A stretch of DNA of 64,000 nt, taken from assembly GCA_951406725.2 (NCBI GenBank), contig OX597823.1, positions 55,676,001 through 55,740,000 of the forward strand, written 5' to 3'. This DNA is from Octopus vulgaris (Eukaryota). The translations under genes were made by a program, and so were the position numbers. The first letter of the stretch is position 1. Every line of letters starts with the position of its first letter. Under the pieces are notes generated by a model. That model was given only the letters and a program-made list of their open reading frames with translations, searched no databases and had not been told where the DNA came from. Positions 1 through 12,208 of the stretch are shown piece by piece.

Positions 1-63
<63 letters not shown>
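1..63. repeat. (AAT)n microsatellite
   Basis: Perfect ATA/AAT run at the window start. Confidence 0.95.
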
Positions 64-67
<4 letters not shown>

Positions 68-357
68 GGTACATAAAGAGGAAAATTCTATGTGATCGCT
101 TGACATGCTGGAAATATCGGTTGATTCTTCAAGAAGGAAGAACACATTGAATGATGTACCCTGAATATACTGTAAAATGAAAAAAAAAGAAGCGATGGTC
201 GCGGCTGTTATAGGTTTCACCATTTTCTGTCGCCGACTGAAGCTAAATAACATTCGAAATTACAAAGAAATTGAACGGTCTCTCGCTCTCTCCCCCTCTC
301 TCTCTTTCCGTTCATCTCTCCCTCCCTCTCTCCACCTCTCTGTCGCCCTCTTTCTAT

Positions 358-398
<41 letters not shown>

Positions 399-513
399 AG
401 TCTGTTTGTCTATCTATATTAATGTTTTCATGTTGAATTGTAAATAAAAGCAATTTACCATTAACCTAAAGAATCACTCAATACATTTTTGTAGAGAATC
501 CTTGACCACTAGA

Positions 514-585
514 CCACATGGTCTAGTGGTCAAGGATTCTTGGCTTTCACCGAAACGACTAGGGTTCGATTCTCAACATGGGGGA
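514..585 (+). pseudogene. tRNA-Glu(TTC)-derived degenerate sequence (tRNA pseudogene or SINE-like head)
   Basis: ccacatggtctagtggtcaaggattcttggctttcaccgaaacgactagggttcgattctcaacatgggga follows the eukaryotic tRNA-Glu pattern: A-box TGGTCTAGTGG, TTC in the anticodon loop, B-box GGTTCGATTC. The stems are mismatched. Confidence 0.6.
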
Positions 586-754
586 CGTCCTTAAATTTGT
601 ATCATAATTCTACAAGAAGAGCTGAGACATTGATTTCGAAGTTTCGGTATGTTAGCCTTTGTCGGACAGGCCGAAACATCGAAGTGACCCCTCTTCTTAT
701 AAAAGTACAATAAAAATCTATCTATCTATGGTTCTCTCTCTTTCTCTCGTCTCT

Positions 755-809
<55 letters not shown>

Positions 810-831
810 GCCGGTCTCTCCTATTCTTTAA

Positions 832-1044
832 CCCTTTAGTTTTCAGATTATTTTGTCAAATGTAATATCTATTTATCCACATTATTTTGAATTAATCATG
901 CATCATCTTGCAGCTTTGAGATTTCCATGATGTGATTGTTTATTTTTAGAAGGACACGGCATCTGAGAGGTTGCATCTGACTGGTTTGAACAAAAAACAG
1001 GTAGAACATTGAGGCCGGATATGGCCGGTTGGAATGCTAAAGGG
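832..1044. mobile_element. piggyBac-type MITE
   Basis: TTAA on both sides; termini CCCTTTAG ... CTAAAGGG; no coding capacity. Confidence 0.7.
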
Positions 1045-1254
1045 TTAACTGTTTACATAGCTGTGTGCGCTCGTTTATGTCCATGTTTTGGTAAATACGT
1101 GATTGTATTAACATGAAGAAGCCAAGTAAGGAAGATTAATGTCAGACGGTAAGCTATAAGCATGTGACTTTGTGGTGGCGGAAAAACATTGATTGGTTGA
1201 CAATTACTAACTCTGAGTATGGATAGTCATATACTTCAATATTTGAATAGCTAC

Positions 1255-1436
1255 AGAAATGGCCTGGCTCTCCGTCGATTGCGACGTGACATTAACGCCC
1301 AAGTGGCTGAGCACTTCACAGACACGCGTACCATTAACGAAATTCTCAAGGAAATCCAGCTGGTCCTTTGAATAGCGGGTACAATACAATTTCTGCCACA
1401 TAAGTGAACTGGAGCAATGAGAAACAAAGTGGAACG
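1255..1436 (-). mobile_element. SINE fragment, family C (tRNA-Arg/Val-headed, OR/OK-like)
   Basis: Reverse complement of the body blocks (gctccagttcact, ctgagcact..acagacacgcgtacc) also seen at 3113, 53017 and 62011. Confidence 0.55.
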
Positions 1437-1521
1437 CAGTGTTTTAGTTTTTATCTGAATTAAAAAAGAAACATGTATAGATGTTCACAAGCGTAAATGT
1501 GTTGACTTGCATATATATATT

Positions 1522-1749
1522 GCTTTATTGCCCAGAAGGGGCTAAACATAGAGGGGACAAACAAGGACAGACATTGGTATTAAGTCGTTATATCGACCCC
1601 AGTGCGTAACTGGTACTTAATTTATCGACCCCGAAAGGATGAAAGGCAAAGTCGACCTCGGCAGAATTTGAACTCACAACGTAACGACAGACGAAATACC
1701 GCTAAGCATTTTGCCCGGCGTGCTAACGTTTCTGCCAGCTCGGCGCCCT
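1522..1749 (-). mobile_element. tRNA-derived SINE, family B
   Basis: Near-identical to copies at 30143 and 43123; central block gcctttcatcctttcggggtcgataaattaagtaccag on the minus strand, resembling a conserved metazoan SINE central domain. Confidence 0.85.
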
Positions 1750-1859
1750 AAATATATATGTGTGTGTGTGTGTGTAGGCCTGCATAACACACCCACACAT
1801 ACATACATATACAGGTGTGTGTGTATGTATCTGTGTGTTTGTGTGCCTTTGGATGTGTA

Positions 1860-1898
<39 letters not shown>

Positions 1899-2122
1899 AA
1901 CCAAAACAATATGTAGTTTAAAATGTTACTACACGTGTTTCAATAGCGTAGTTTTATTCAAATTCGAGTCCAATTCATAATTTATCATGTAACATTGCGA
2001 AAATTCGTGTTGTAATCCACCACCCATTTTCTCAGATAATATACATATATACAAATACATGCATACGTACATACATATATACACACATACATGCATACAT
2101 GCGTACATACATACATACACGG

Positions 2123-2170
<48 letters not shown>

Positions 2171-2387
2171 TATATGTGTGTACTCACACACACACATATG
2201 TACACTTTTGCGCGTGCGCGAATGTATATGCAAGCTAGAACAATGCAATTACTACAACAATAGTGTAGGTAGGCGATGGCAGGTGTATATATAGTTAAAG
2301 ATTTCGCTTCGCACAATCTGAATCGGATCCGTCGAGACTAATAGCTTTTGAATAAAATTCAGACGGTGGAAACCATTCTGGAGCTTA

Positions 2388-2469
<82 letters not shown>

Positions 2470-3112
2470 AGGGGTTCATACAACTGGTTCCTGAAATCTT
2501 CAAACAGTCTAGTCTGAATATCACTGACGCGAAATTTCGATCGCGTGATAAACATTCAGGTACAATAAACTCCTGTAATTTCTATTTATATTTTTAAAAA
2601 ATTTAATTCTATTGATAATAGTTTTTGTTTAATTTTTGTTTTATTTTATTCTATTTTATTATTTATTTTACGTTAATTCTTATTTTACTTTTATTCTATT
2701 ATGTGTTCAGTTTGATTTTATTTCAGTTTTATTATTTCAATTTTTACTATACCTTATTTTCTCGCTATATCGTTATTCCATTTTATTTTTAGGCCAACAT
2801 CTTGCAGACACGTCAGAATTATTCTCCTCAAACTGTTAAAGGATTCAGTGACGTTTTTTTTTTGGTAACACTGGTCGTTTTGCCTGCAATGACTTTCCAC
2901 ATGTGCCGATGAAACGATACTACGAGCGTTGAGTACCAATTGGAAATCGGATATGTTAAGTACAGTGGCTTGCTGGGAAACTTCGAGTACTGCAAGTCAA
3001 TGCACCATGTTTGTATGATATAATAAATATTTTCCTCCATTCTAATGATATTAAAATTCCTTCATTTGCTGTAATACCCGTGGTTAATTGATATAAACAT
3101 ATATGCCTGTAA

Positions 3113-3305
3113 ATGGCGACGCGCTGTGTCCTTGAGCAAGACACTTTATTTCACGTTGCTCCAGTACACTCAACTGGCAAAACTGCGTAGTACCTGTATT
3201 TCAAAGCGCCAGCCTTGTCACACTCTGTGTCACGCTGAATGTCCCTGAGAACTACCTTAAGGTTACACGTGTCTGTAGAATGCTCAGCTACTTGTACGTT
3301 AATTG
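3113..3305 (+). mobile_element. SINE body, family C
   Basis: tgtgtccttgagcaagacactttatttcacgttgctccag shared with 62011-62330. Confidence 0.7.
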
Positions 3306-3314
3306 TACGTTAAG

Positions 3315-3654
3315 CCAATTGCAGAAGATTCAACGTTGTATACCAATGCACTGATTACAATATAGTAAATAACTCCAATAGTTACTACACTGGATCTACC
3401 ACAATTTTAAGTAAAGATATTATGCACATTTAAACTTGTTTAAATATAAAGAGAATAGCAATTCCACATCACTAAACATCCATGTAATTAATCATCTAAT
3501 TAACAGGAAAGTACAATATAGACTTTTCTGGACCTTAATAGATTCTGATATCCCACATCAGGGCTAGCACTCCACTTGTGGACTCTCCTTAAAAGAAGCC
3601 CTCAAACATTTAACCCAAAACTCCCCACAATTGCTTAACAAACACAACGAAGCC

Positions 3655-3655
<1 letters not shown>
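3315..3655 (+). pseudogene. Penelope-like element GIY-YIG endonuclease remnant
   Basis: Frameshifted translation NVVYQCT...YYTGSTT then YYAHLNLFKYKENSNSTSLNIHV matches the PLE endonuclease pattern (VY..YIG.T..FK.RY..H...F.......T.LS.H). Confidence 0.55.
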
Positions 3656-4025
<370 letters not shown>

Positions 4026-4500
4026 CATTCATGTACATGTATATATATATATATATATATATAAAAGCATGATATGTATGAAGGCAACTATATATGTATG
4101 TATATTTACAAGTATGCACATATATATATATATATATATCACATATATGAATGCATAATACCTAATTAAGGACAACATCAATAACTCCTCAGAGGCGGCA
4201 AACACTATTCATAATCATGCTGGAGCGTGCAGGATGTGAATAAATAATGCAATTTTCTTTCTAGAAATCTCCCAACAAAACGTATAAAGGACATATGATG
4301 CAACGTATGTATATATGTATGTATGTTTATGCGCATCCCTATAATTGTATATATTTCTCAAATCCTGCTCGAGTTGTGAAAGTTATTTTAGTGCAAAGCT
4401 TATAGAATTATCGATCAGTTTTAACATGATTTAGAGTAACGTCAAATTAACAGCAATAATGCAATCTACATGACACATGAAGCTAATCAATTTGCATACT

Positions 4501-4564
<64 letters not shown>

Positions 4565-4824
4565 TTGTGCTGTTTCATTATTGGTGGGATCAACAAAAAG
4601 TTGCACTGCATCCACTGAGAGATAAATACGTTTTACGTTTCATTTAATAAACACAGGATTTAAATATGAGCTAGTATAAAGTTTAATGCCGCTAATGATA
4701 CAATAGTCGGACGAACTTGTGTAGCGCGCTGTGTATTATCGGGCAATCAGTAAAGTTCATGTTTGTGTCTAAATAATTGCCAGATAATTATATGCATGCA
4801 TATACATATCTATCTATCTATCTA

Positions 4825-4870
<46 letters not shown>

Positions 4871-4880
4871 CATACATACA

Positions 4881-4929
<49 letters not shown>

Positions 4930-4987
4930 GCAGAATGAGATTAAAATCCAAGGCTGTGAAAGATTTCAGGACATTTATAAATAGAAG

Positions 4988-5035
4988 GTCTTACAGCTGT
5001 TTCTGGGATATTTTATATATCCCTTCATCGGAGAC
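4988..5035 (-). ncRNA. Minimal type-I hammerhead ribozyme motif (CCGAUGA core variant)
   Basis: Minus strand: gtct-CCGATGA-a-gggatat(ataaa)atatccc-a-GAAAC-agct-GTA-agac. Stem I gtct/agac, 7-bp stem II, palindromic loop III. Confidence 0.65.
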
Positions 5036-5260
5036 GGTGTGAGAAAGTGTTTAAGCAATAGTTATTCTAGATAAAATATGAAATAGAGAGTGAAGTGGAG
5101 GAATGAAAATAGACGTGAGATATGCAGGGATATTGTATCTTCATAGTGTTCCATTAGTTAGGCAGAATGATATGCATGTATGATTCCTGTACTTTGTGAT
5201 TAAGTTTCAATATTTCATATCTTATGTAGAATAACTATTGCTTAACCATTTTCTCACACT

Positions 5261-5298
5261 GTCTCCGATGAAGAGATCATCGGAAACAGCTGTAAGAC
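5261..5298 (+). ncRNA. Minimal hammerhead motif with shortened stem II
   Basis: gtct-CCGATGA-agagatcatcg-GAAAC-agct-GTA-agac. Confidence 0.5.
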
Positions 5299-5467
5299 CT
5301 TCTATTTATAAATGTTCTGAAATCTTTCACACCCTTGGATTTTAATCTCATTATGTTATTTTTTTTTTGTATATACACATGCTGATATATAACCTAAATT
5401 GGACTCCTCATTCGCATAACCACCGAACCTGGAGATTAACTATAGTCTGTCTATAGCACATATATGC

Positions 5468-5792
5468 TGAGACCCCCTTCGGTCATGACTGACTATGGGA
5501 TTGCCCCTAGAAAGTTACCCTCCCAGGCACAAGTCCGGGCAAGCTTGTTTATGAAAGACCAACAGTCGCCCACGCATACCGGCCACCCCTCTTCACGCCA
5601 CCAGTGTTATCCAAGGGAAAGGCAAGGGGCAATACAGCTTGGCACCTGTGATGTCGCAACTCATTTCTACAGCTAAGTGAAATGGAGCAACGTGAAATAA
5701 AATGTCTTGCTCCAAAACACAACACGCAGCCCGGTCCGGGATTCGAACTCACAATCTTACGACCGTAAGCTCGACACTCTAGCCACTGAGTC
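5468..5792 (-). mobile_element. SINE, family C, near full length
   Basis: Reverse complement of 62011-62330; tRNA-like head with gttcgaatccc B-box. Confidence 0.85.
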
Positions 5793-6163
5793 ATACATAT
5801 ACATACATATATACATACATACATACCTATAAAGTTATATATATTTGCAGATATACATATGTATGTGTTTATAAGAATCTATATATTTATATACATACGA
5901 CAGTGAGTTATTAATTAGCCTGAGAATATTTTCATGGTACCAGGAAATCTACTTTCCTGCGTATCACTAGACGTAGCCTTCATCCCGTCACTATCGTACG
6001 GGTTTAAATATGAAACTTTGATGAGACTGAAATTTCTATGCCCTTCTTCTTCACGCCCTCTTCTGTTTCTTATAGAGAAGGGAAGCTTTTGTAAATTTTA
6101 TTTATATTTGTAATCAATTTGAACACTAGAGATCTTAAACCTGCGACTACATAATTTTCAATT

Positions 6164-6243
<80 letters not shown>

Positions 6244-6247
6244 TGTG

Positions 6248-6283
<36 letters not shown>

Positions 6284-6480
6284 TTTGAGTAGAAAAATGA
6301 AATATCTTTTTATGGATAATTCGTTTAACCGATACCTGGGTAGCAAATTCACATCAGAAATAACACGGTTGAAGTTACGTGCCTAGGGCAGAGACTACGT
6401 GTTTTCGTGTGGAAATTTGTGTGTATTTTTATAAAATTTATGAATAAATGAAAGAATGGAGTTGAACGACAAATTAACAA

Positions 6481-6584
6481 ATTTCCTTTATTTTCGACAT
6501 ATGTTTCGAAGGCTGCATATTCCTAATTGTGAAGGAATAAGGAGTACGTTATGCCGCTTTCTCATCAGGAAAAACAAGGAATTT
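6481..6584 (-). ncRNA. Type-I hammerhead ribozyme motif (mirror copy)
   Basis: Reverse complement of the motif at 6647-6750. Confidence 0.75.
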
Positions 6585-6646
6585 ATGTCAACATCAAGAT
6601 TCACAAAAACTTTTAGAAAGTCTTTGTGAATCTTGATGTTGACATA

Positions 6647-6750
6647 AATTCCTTGTTTTTCCTGATGAGAAAGCGGCATAATGTACTCCTTATTCCTTCA
6701 CAATTAGGAATATGCAGCCTTCGAAACATATGTCGAAAATAAAGGAAATT
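6647..6750 (+). ncRNA. Type-I hammerhead ribozyme motif
   Basis: ttccttgtttttc-CTGATGA(6662-6668)-gaaagcggcata...tatgcagccttc-GAAAC-atat-GTC(6732-6734)-gaaaataaaggaa. Canonical core, long stems I and II, 1-bp stem III with palindromic AUAU loop; predicted cut after C6734. Confidence 0.8.
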
Positions 6751-7075
6751 CGTTAATTTGTCGTTCAACTCCATTCTTTCATTTATTCATATATATATAT
6801 AAATATGTATGAGTGTGTTTGTGCGTGTGTGTATCTATGTATGTATATATACAAAGCATGGGGGTTTAGTTCACAGGTGATCTAAACTATTAGGTACGCT
6901 AGGTAACTGCTGTAACGGATTACTAGGGCTCCAAGATTATAGCCAAGACGATAGTTATGGAGCCATTGCAGATTTTCGATGCCCTGGATATATAATTGTT
7001 AAAGTGGACAGCAAACGTTAATGCAAGGCAAATGTCTCAAGTCGTATACATTATTATTATTGGAAAAAATTCAAA

Positions 7076-7131
7076 GTCTTACAGCTGTTTCTGGGATATC
7101 CCCAAGTATGGGATGTTCCGTCATCAGAGAC
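7076..7131 (-). ncRNA. Minimal type-I hammerhead ribozyme motif
   Basis: Minus strand: gtct-CTGATGA-cggaacatccc(atactt)ggggatatccca-GAAAC-agct-GTA-agac. Confidence 0.7.
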
Positions 7132-7293
7132 AAATAGGGAAAAAACAGGAAAACAGGGAAAAGGAGAATGGAATATATTAAGGAAATGAGGACATAGTGA
7201 GAGGGAGTAAAGGAATAAGGAGATGAAGAGAGAGAGAGAGAGAGAGAGAGAGAAGAAAAAAGTTCATAGTTCCCATAAACAGCTGCAAGACTG

Positions 7294-7329
<36 letters not shown>

Positions 7330-7353
<24 letters not shown>

Positions 7354-7460
7354 AGTTGCCAGAATCTTTAACACGCCGGCAAAGTACTTAGCAATATTTC
7401 GTCCGACCTTGCGTTTCATCCTTTCGCCTTCGATAAAATAAGGAGCATGTGATACCTGGG
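7330..7460 (+). mobile_element. SINE family B, degenerate
   Basis: gcgagttgccagaatc..cacgccgg...tttcatcctttcg..tcgataaaataag. Confidence 0.55.
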
Positions 7461-7689
7461 GTAGATGTAACTGGCTTATTTCATAGCACGAAATCACTCG
7501 CCTTTTAATAAAATTTGAAATCACTTTATACACCGCGTATTTCAATGCGCTCGATCTATTCTGTATAAGGTTCTTTTAATCACAATAAAACATTCTTTTG
7601 GCAGAGACATTAACTACATATGTGCCGCGCTCCTTCACTTCTTGGTCCTTGATATATCCATATCTTTTACAGGCATTTCTTGGAACCAT

Positions 7690-7900
7690 AAAACCATTAT
7701 GTTTACACTTCACAGGCAGCTGTGGGTGGATTTCGCTACTTACTGTACTTACTTTCAGCTTACAGAAGATGCATCACCAAAGTCATATATACTTGAAAGT
7801 ATTCAGAAATCAGAGCGGCTAAGGTTTGATTTAGTAACACGTATAACTTAATTGGCAATCAAGATCAAACCTACAACATACAGACTAGAGGGAGAAAACG
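7690..7900 (+). pseudogene. Possible CR1/L2-like LINE ORF2 C-terminal remnant
   Basis: ILESIQ followed by a frameshifted RAA.-like segment resembles the LE.IQ.RA.R motif; heavily decayed. Confidence 0.3.
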
Positions 7901-8298
7901 GAGAGTGGTGCACCAACATCTAATTTTCTCACCAATACGAAACTTCATTAAACATATAACCTCTGGAAGTGAAACTCACGTAAATTCACTTATACGTACG
8001 TACATACATACATACATACATACATACATACATACATACATACATACATACATACATACATACATACATACGTACGTACGTACATACATACGTACATATA
8101 TAAATACATACATACATACATACATACATACATACATACATACATACATACATACATACATACATACATAAATTCGGAAAGTGTTAACATTTGATTGAAC
8201 TTATAACCTCGAGATAACAGGTTCGAAATACAGACACAAACATATGCCGACAAAAATATATAAAAAATCATACAATGATATATATGTATACATACATA

Positions 8299-8345
<47 letters not shown>

Positions 8346-8690
8346 GAGAGAGATACATATATATATATATAGTTCCATTCTGAGGATAGTTGATCTCGAA
8401 GCAGAGAAATCTATAAACAATAGCGTGCTAAGATTGAGTTAAAAACACCTTTGGATAGAGAGGTGTCGAAGGCTGCCAGTGTTCACAGGAGTTGTGGGTT
8501 CGAGTGCTACTGGCTACCTTCCACATTTGTTTCTTCAAAGAGAGTTTTAACCCAATATTGACACCTATTTTATTTACATTCGTAGTCAATGATATTCCGA
8601 GATTTGATTATGTCACATTCTCTCGATCTTTATGAATACTTATGACGTCAACACAAACGCACACACACACACACGCATATATATTTATCA

Positions 8691-8755
<65 letters not shown>

Positions 8756-8783
8756 GTCTGTCTGTCTGTCTATCTACCTATCT

Positions 8784-8837
<54 letters not shown>

Positions 8838-8914
8838 AATTAATAAATAAAATATATGCATATATACATACATATATGTTCGTACCTACCTCTACATGTA
8901 TATATACATGCATA

Positions 8915-9090
8915 TATGGGTACAGGACACCAAAAAAACGTCGAACACAATGAGAAACGAAAACATAAACACAAAACCAAGGAAATAGACATTTTTCTTA
9001 GACAACGAAAAAATAGAGTACAGGACATACAATACAAGGAAAATGCCCCTTCTTCAGTCGCCTTTGTTTCATCTACTCCGCGTTTCGAAG
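8915..9090 (-). mobile_element. Dispersed repeat, pLTR-like
   Basis: Minus strand cgaaacgcggagtag...gcgactgaagaagggg...tgtcctgtac; related to 50810-50990 in the opposite orientation. Confidence 0.5.
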
Positions 9091-9385
9091 TGCCTCAAGA
9101 CTGGATTGAGGTCATTTTAGTCTCCTTGTATACAGCGGAGCCAAAGGATCTGTGTGGTAATTTTCGTGGGATTTTGTGGTTGGAAAGGTACTTGCTCGCA
9201 TTTTCTTAGAACGCGTAAATACTTTTATAGTTCCAAATATAGTTACTGAGTCTCAGTGTGGTTTTCGTTCCTCCAGGGGCACGGCTGATTGTATCTTTAC
9301 TGTCAGACAATTAAAAGAAAAGTGCGTTGAACAGAATCTTGCTCAATACCTGCCGTGTTGATTTGAGCAAAGCATTCGATACTGC
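9091..9385 (+). pseudogene. RTE-clade LINE reverse transcriptase fragment
   Basis: VPQDW..ILVSLY...CGNFRGI / VGKVLARIFLERV...ESQCGFRSSRGTADCIFTVRQLKEKC / VDLSKAFDT, joined across frameshifts. Confidence 0.9.
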
Positions 9386-9482
9386 AAATACATTCGATAG
9401 TGCTAAGATGTAGGTACAGGAGGTGGTCAAACTCTGCATAAGAAGTAGACAATCACAATATATATATATATATATATATATA

Positions 9483-9991
<509 letters not shown>

Positions 9992-9994
9992 GTA

Positions 9995-10207
9995 TCTTTT
10001 TTCTTAGCTTTTTATTTGTTTCAGCGATTAGACTGCGGCCATACTGGAGTACCGCTTTGGATTTTTTGTCGAATGAATTAACCCCAGTCCTTTTTTTTCC
10101 GAAGCCTGGTACTTATTATATCCGTCGTTTTTGCCGAACGACTAAGTTACAGTGACGTGAGTACACCAACACCGGTTGTGTAACAGGGCGGGAGAGGGAC
10201 AAACATG

Positions 10208-10261
<54 letters not shown>

Positions 10262-10388
10262 TATATAGACGACGGGCTTCTTTCAGTTTCCGTCTACCAA
10301 ATCTACTCACAAGGCATTGGTCGACCCGAGGCTATTGCGGAAGACACTTGCCCAAGGAGCCACGCAATGATACTGAAGCCAGAACCAT
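9995..10388 (-). mobile_element. SINE family A
   Basis: Second copy after a (TA)n array; same blocks and internal (CA)n. Confidence 0.85.
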
Positions 10389-10814
10389 ATATAGAATGTA
10401 TATAGAATGTGTATGTATTTGTACATAAGGGAATTGGCTGGATCAACATATCACAATATCTGCTTCTGTTATCTAAAGAATCTTCAAGATTATATTCAAT
10501 TATATTTATAAGGTCAACATGTTTTCTTTTGAATATATATAGTAGGTAGTGGTTGTGCTATGAGAGCTAATAAGTGGCTGCGATTGAGAAATCAGAAAGG
10601 TACTGGCTGGTGATGGGTTGTTGGTAGTGTACGCATGTTTAATATCGGAATTTTCTTTAAAATTTACCCTTTTCAAACTTTTTTTTATTCTTAAGCTCAT
10701 ACGCAATTATAATTGCACGGTTCATATAACTGTAAAATATAATTTTCCATCTTTATCTGCATACATAAATATAATTTATAATTTAATCTACATCTTATTT
10801 CTCTCTCTCTCTCT

Positions 10815-10861
<47 letters not shown>

Positions 10862-10877
10862 CACACATACACACATG

Positions 10878-10929
<52 letters not shown>

Positions 10930-11226
10930 GCATAGATGAATATATATGTATATGCATATATGTATATACGCATAAAATCATACATACACATATACCTACA
11001 TATCACACACACAAGCATACAAATCACACACACACACACACACACATATGTACATTTATTTATTTTTCCATATATTCATATTTAATTTCTTCTACGAAGC
11101 CGCAAACACACTGCCACTTCCAAACCGCTTTTCATTAGTTTGTCACACGATTGGCATCTAATGGCGCTTTCTTATTCCGTATCCAATCAAAATTTGTGAC
11201 GACATTTAAAGATCTTCCATATACTC

Positions 11227-11264
<38 letters not shown>

Positions 11265-11584
11265 TTTATTAGGTAGTTTAGCAATGTATCTCCAAAAAGG
11301 AAAATTATCCTTGTCATTAAATACGATAGTGTTACAATACCTACAATGCTAGAAATAAGCGCTAAAGTGCTCTGATGCTGCAATGAACGCACATAATTAT
11401 ATACATATATACTGACAACAACCGTAAACTGATGATGGTATTGATATCAGTTGGTTCTTCCTACTTAGACGACTGCGTGCTCGTAGTAGCTTTGTCTACG
11501 TATGACATATGTATGTAGAAACAAATTTTATTGAAATAGAAATTATCAACAACAATATAATATCCCATATCAAATTGACTACAA

Positions 11585-12140
11585 CGACCTTTGTTTTTAA
11601 ACGAATCAACACTGATGACGAAAAGTGGATTGTCTACAATAACAACAATCGAAAACGATGATGGGCCAAGCGTAATGAACCATCACAAAACGCATTGAAA
11701 GTTGAATTGCATCAAAATAAGATCATGCTGTCAATCTGGTCGGATTATAAAGGTGTTCTGTATTTTGAGCTGCTTCCAAGGAACCAGACGAACAATTCAG
11801 ATGTTTACTGCCAACATCTAATGAAACTGGAGGAAGCAATCAAAGAAAAACGACCAGAATTAGCAAATCGTAAAGGAATCGTCTTCCACCATGATAACGT
11901 TAAACCACGCGTATTTGCTAACTCGTGAAAAATTATTGTAGCTTGGTTGGGAAGTGAAGTCACATCCACCATATAGCCCTGAACTTGAACCATCAGATAA
12001 CCGTTTATTTCGAAGTTTGCAAAATTCTCTGAATGGTAAAACTTTCAATAATGATGATGACCTGAAATTGCACTTGCTTCCGTTTTAGGCTGATAAGGAC
12101 CAGAATTTCTATGAAGTTGCTAGAAAGATGGCAAAAGGTC
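11585..12140 (+). pseudogene. mariner (D,D34D) transposase catalytic-domain remnant
   Basis: TDDEKWIVYNN...KIMLSIWSDYKGVLYFELLPRNQT...IVFHHDNVKP / HPPYSPELEPSDNRLFRSLQNSLNGKTF, with stops and frameshifts. Confidence 0.92.
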
Positions 12141-12208
12141 TTTTTTCACTCGGATGGACCCTCCTAGCCATTCAATGTTTAAAAATCCTATTATATTTTT
12201 GTCCTTAA

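Larger units (their letters stand above)
4934..5352. mobile_element. Foldback element (arms about 150 bp, spacer about 125 bp), Penelope pLTR-like
   Basis: 4934-5085 is the reverse complement of 5211-5352 with scattered mismatches; flanked on the left by a TA microsatellite. Confidence 0.85.
6440..6790. mobile_element. Near-perfect 351-bp palindrome (foldback), Penelope pLTR-like
   Basis: Arms of about 173 bp are reverse complements with 3 mismatches by eye and almost no spacer (centre about 6615). Confidence 0.92.

Noticed and set aside
514-585. Functional tRNA-Glu gene
   Set aside because: Acceptor, anticodon and T stems are mismatched and there is no oligo-T terminator directly downstream.
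6488-6679. 63-aa ORF inside the palindrome
   Set aside because: No recognisable motif; a by-product of the inverted repeat.
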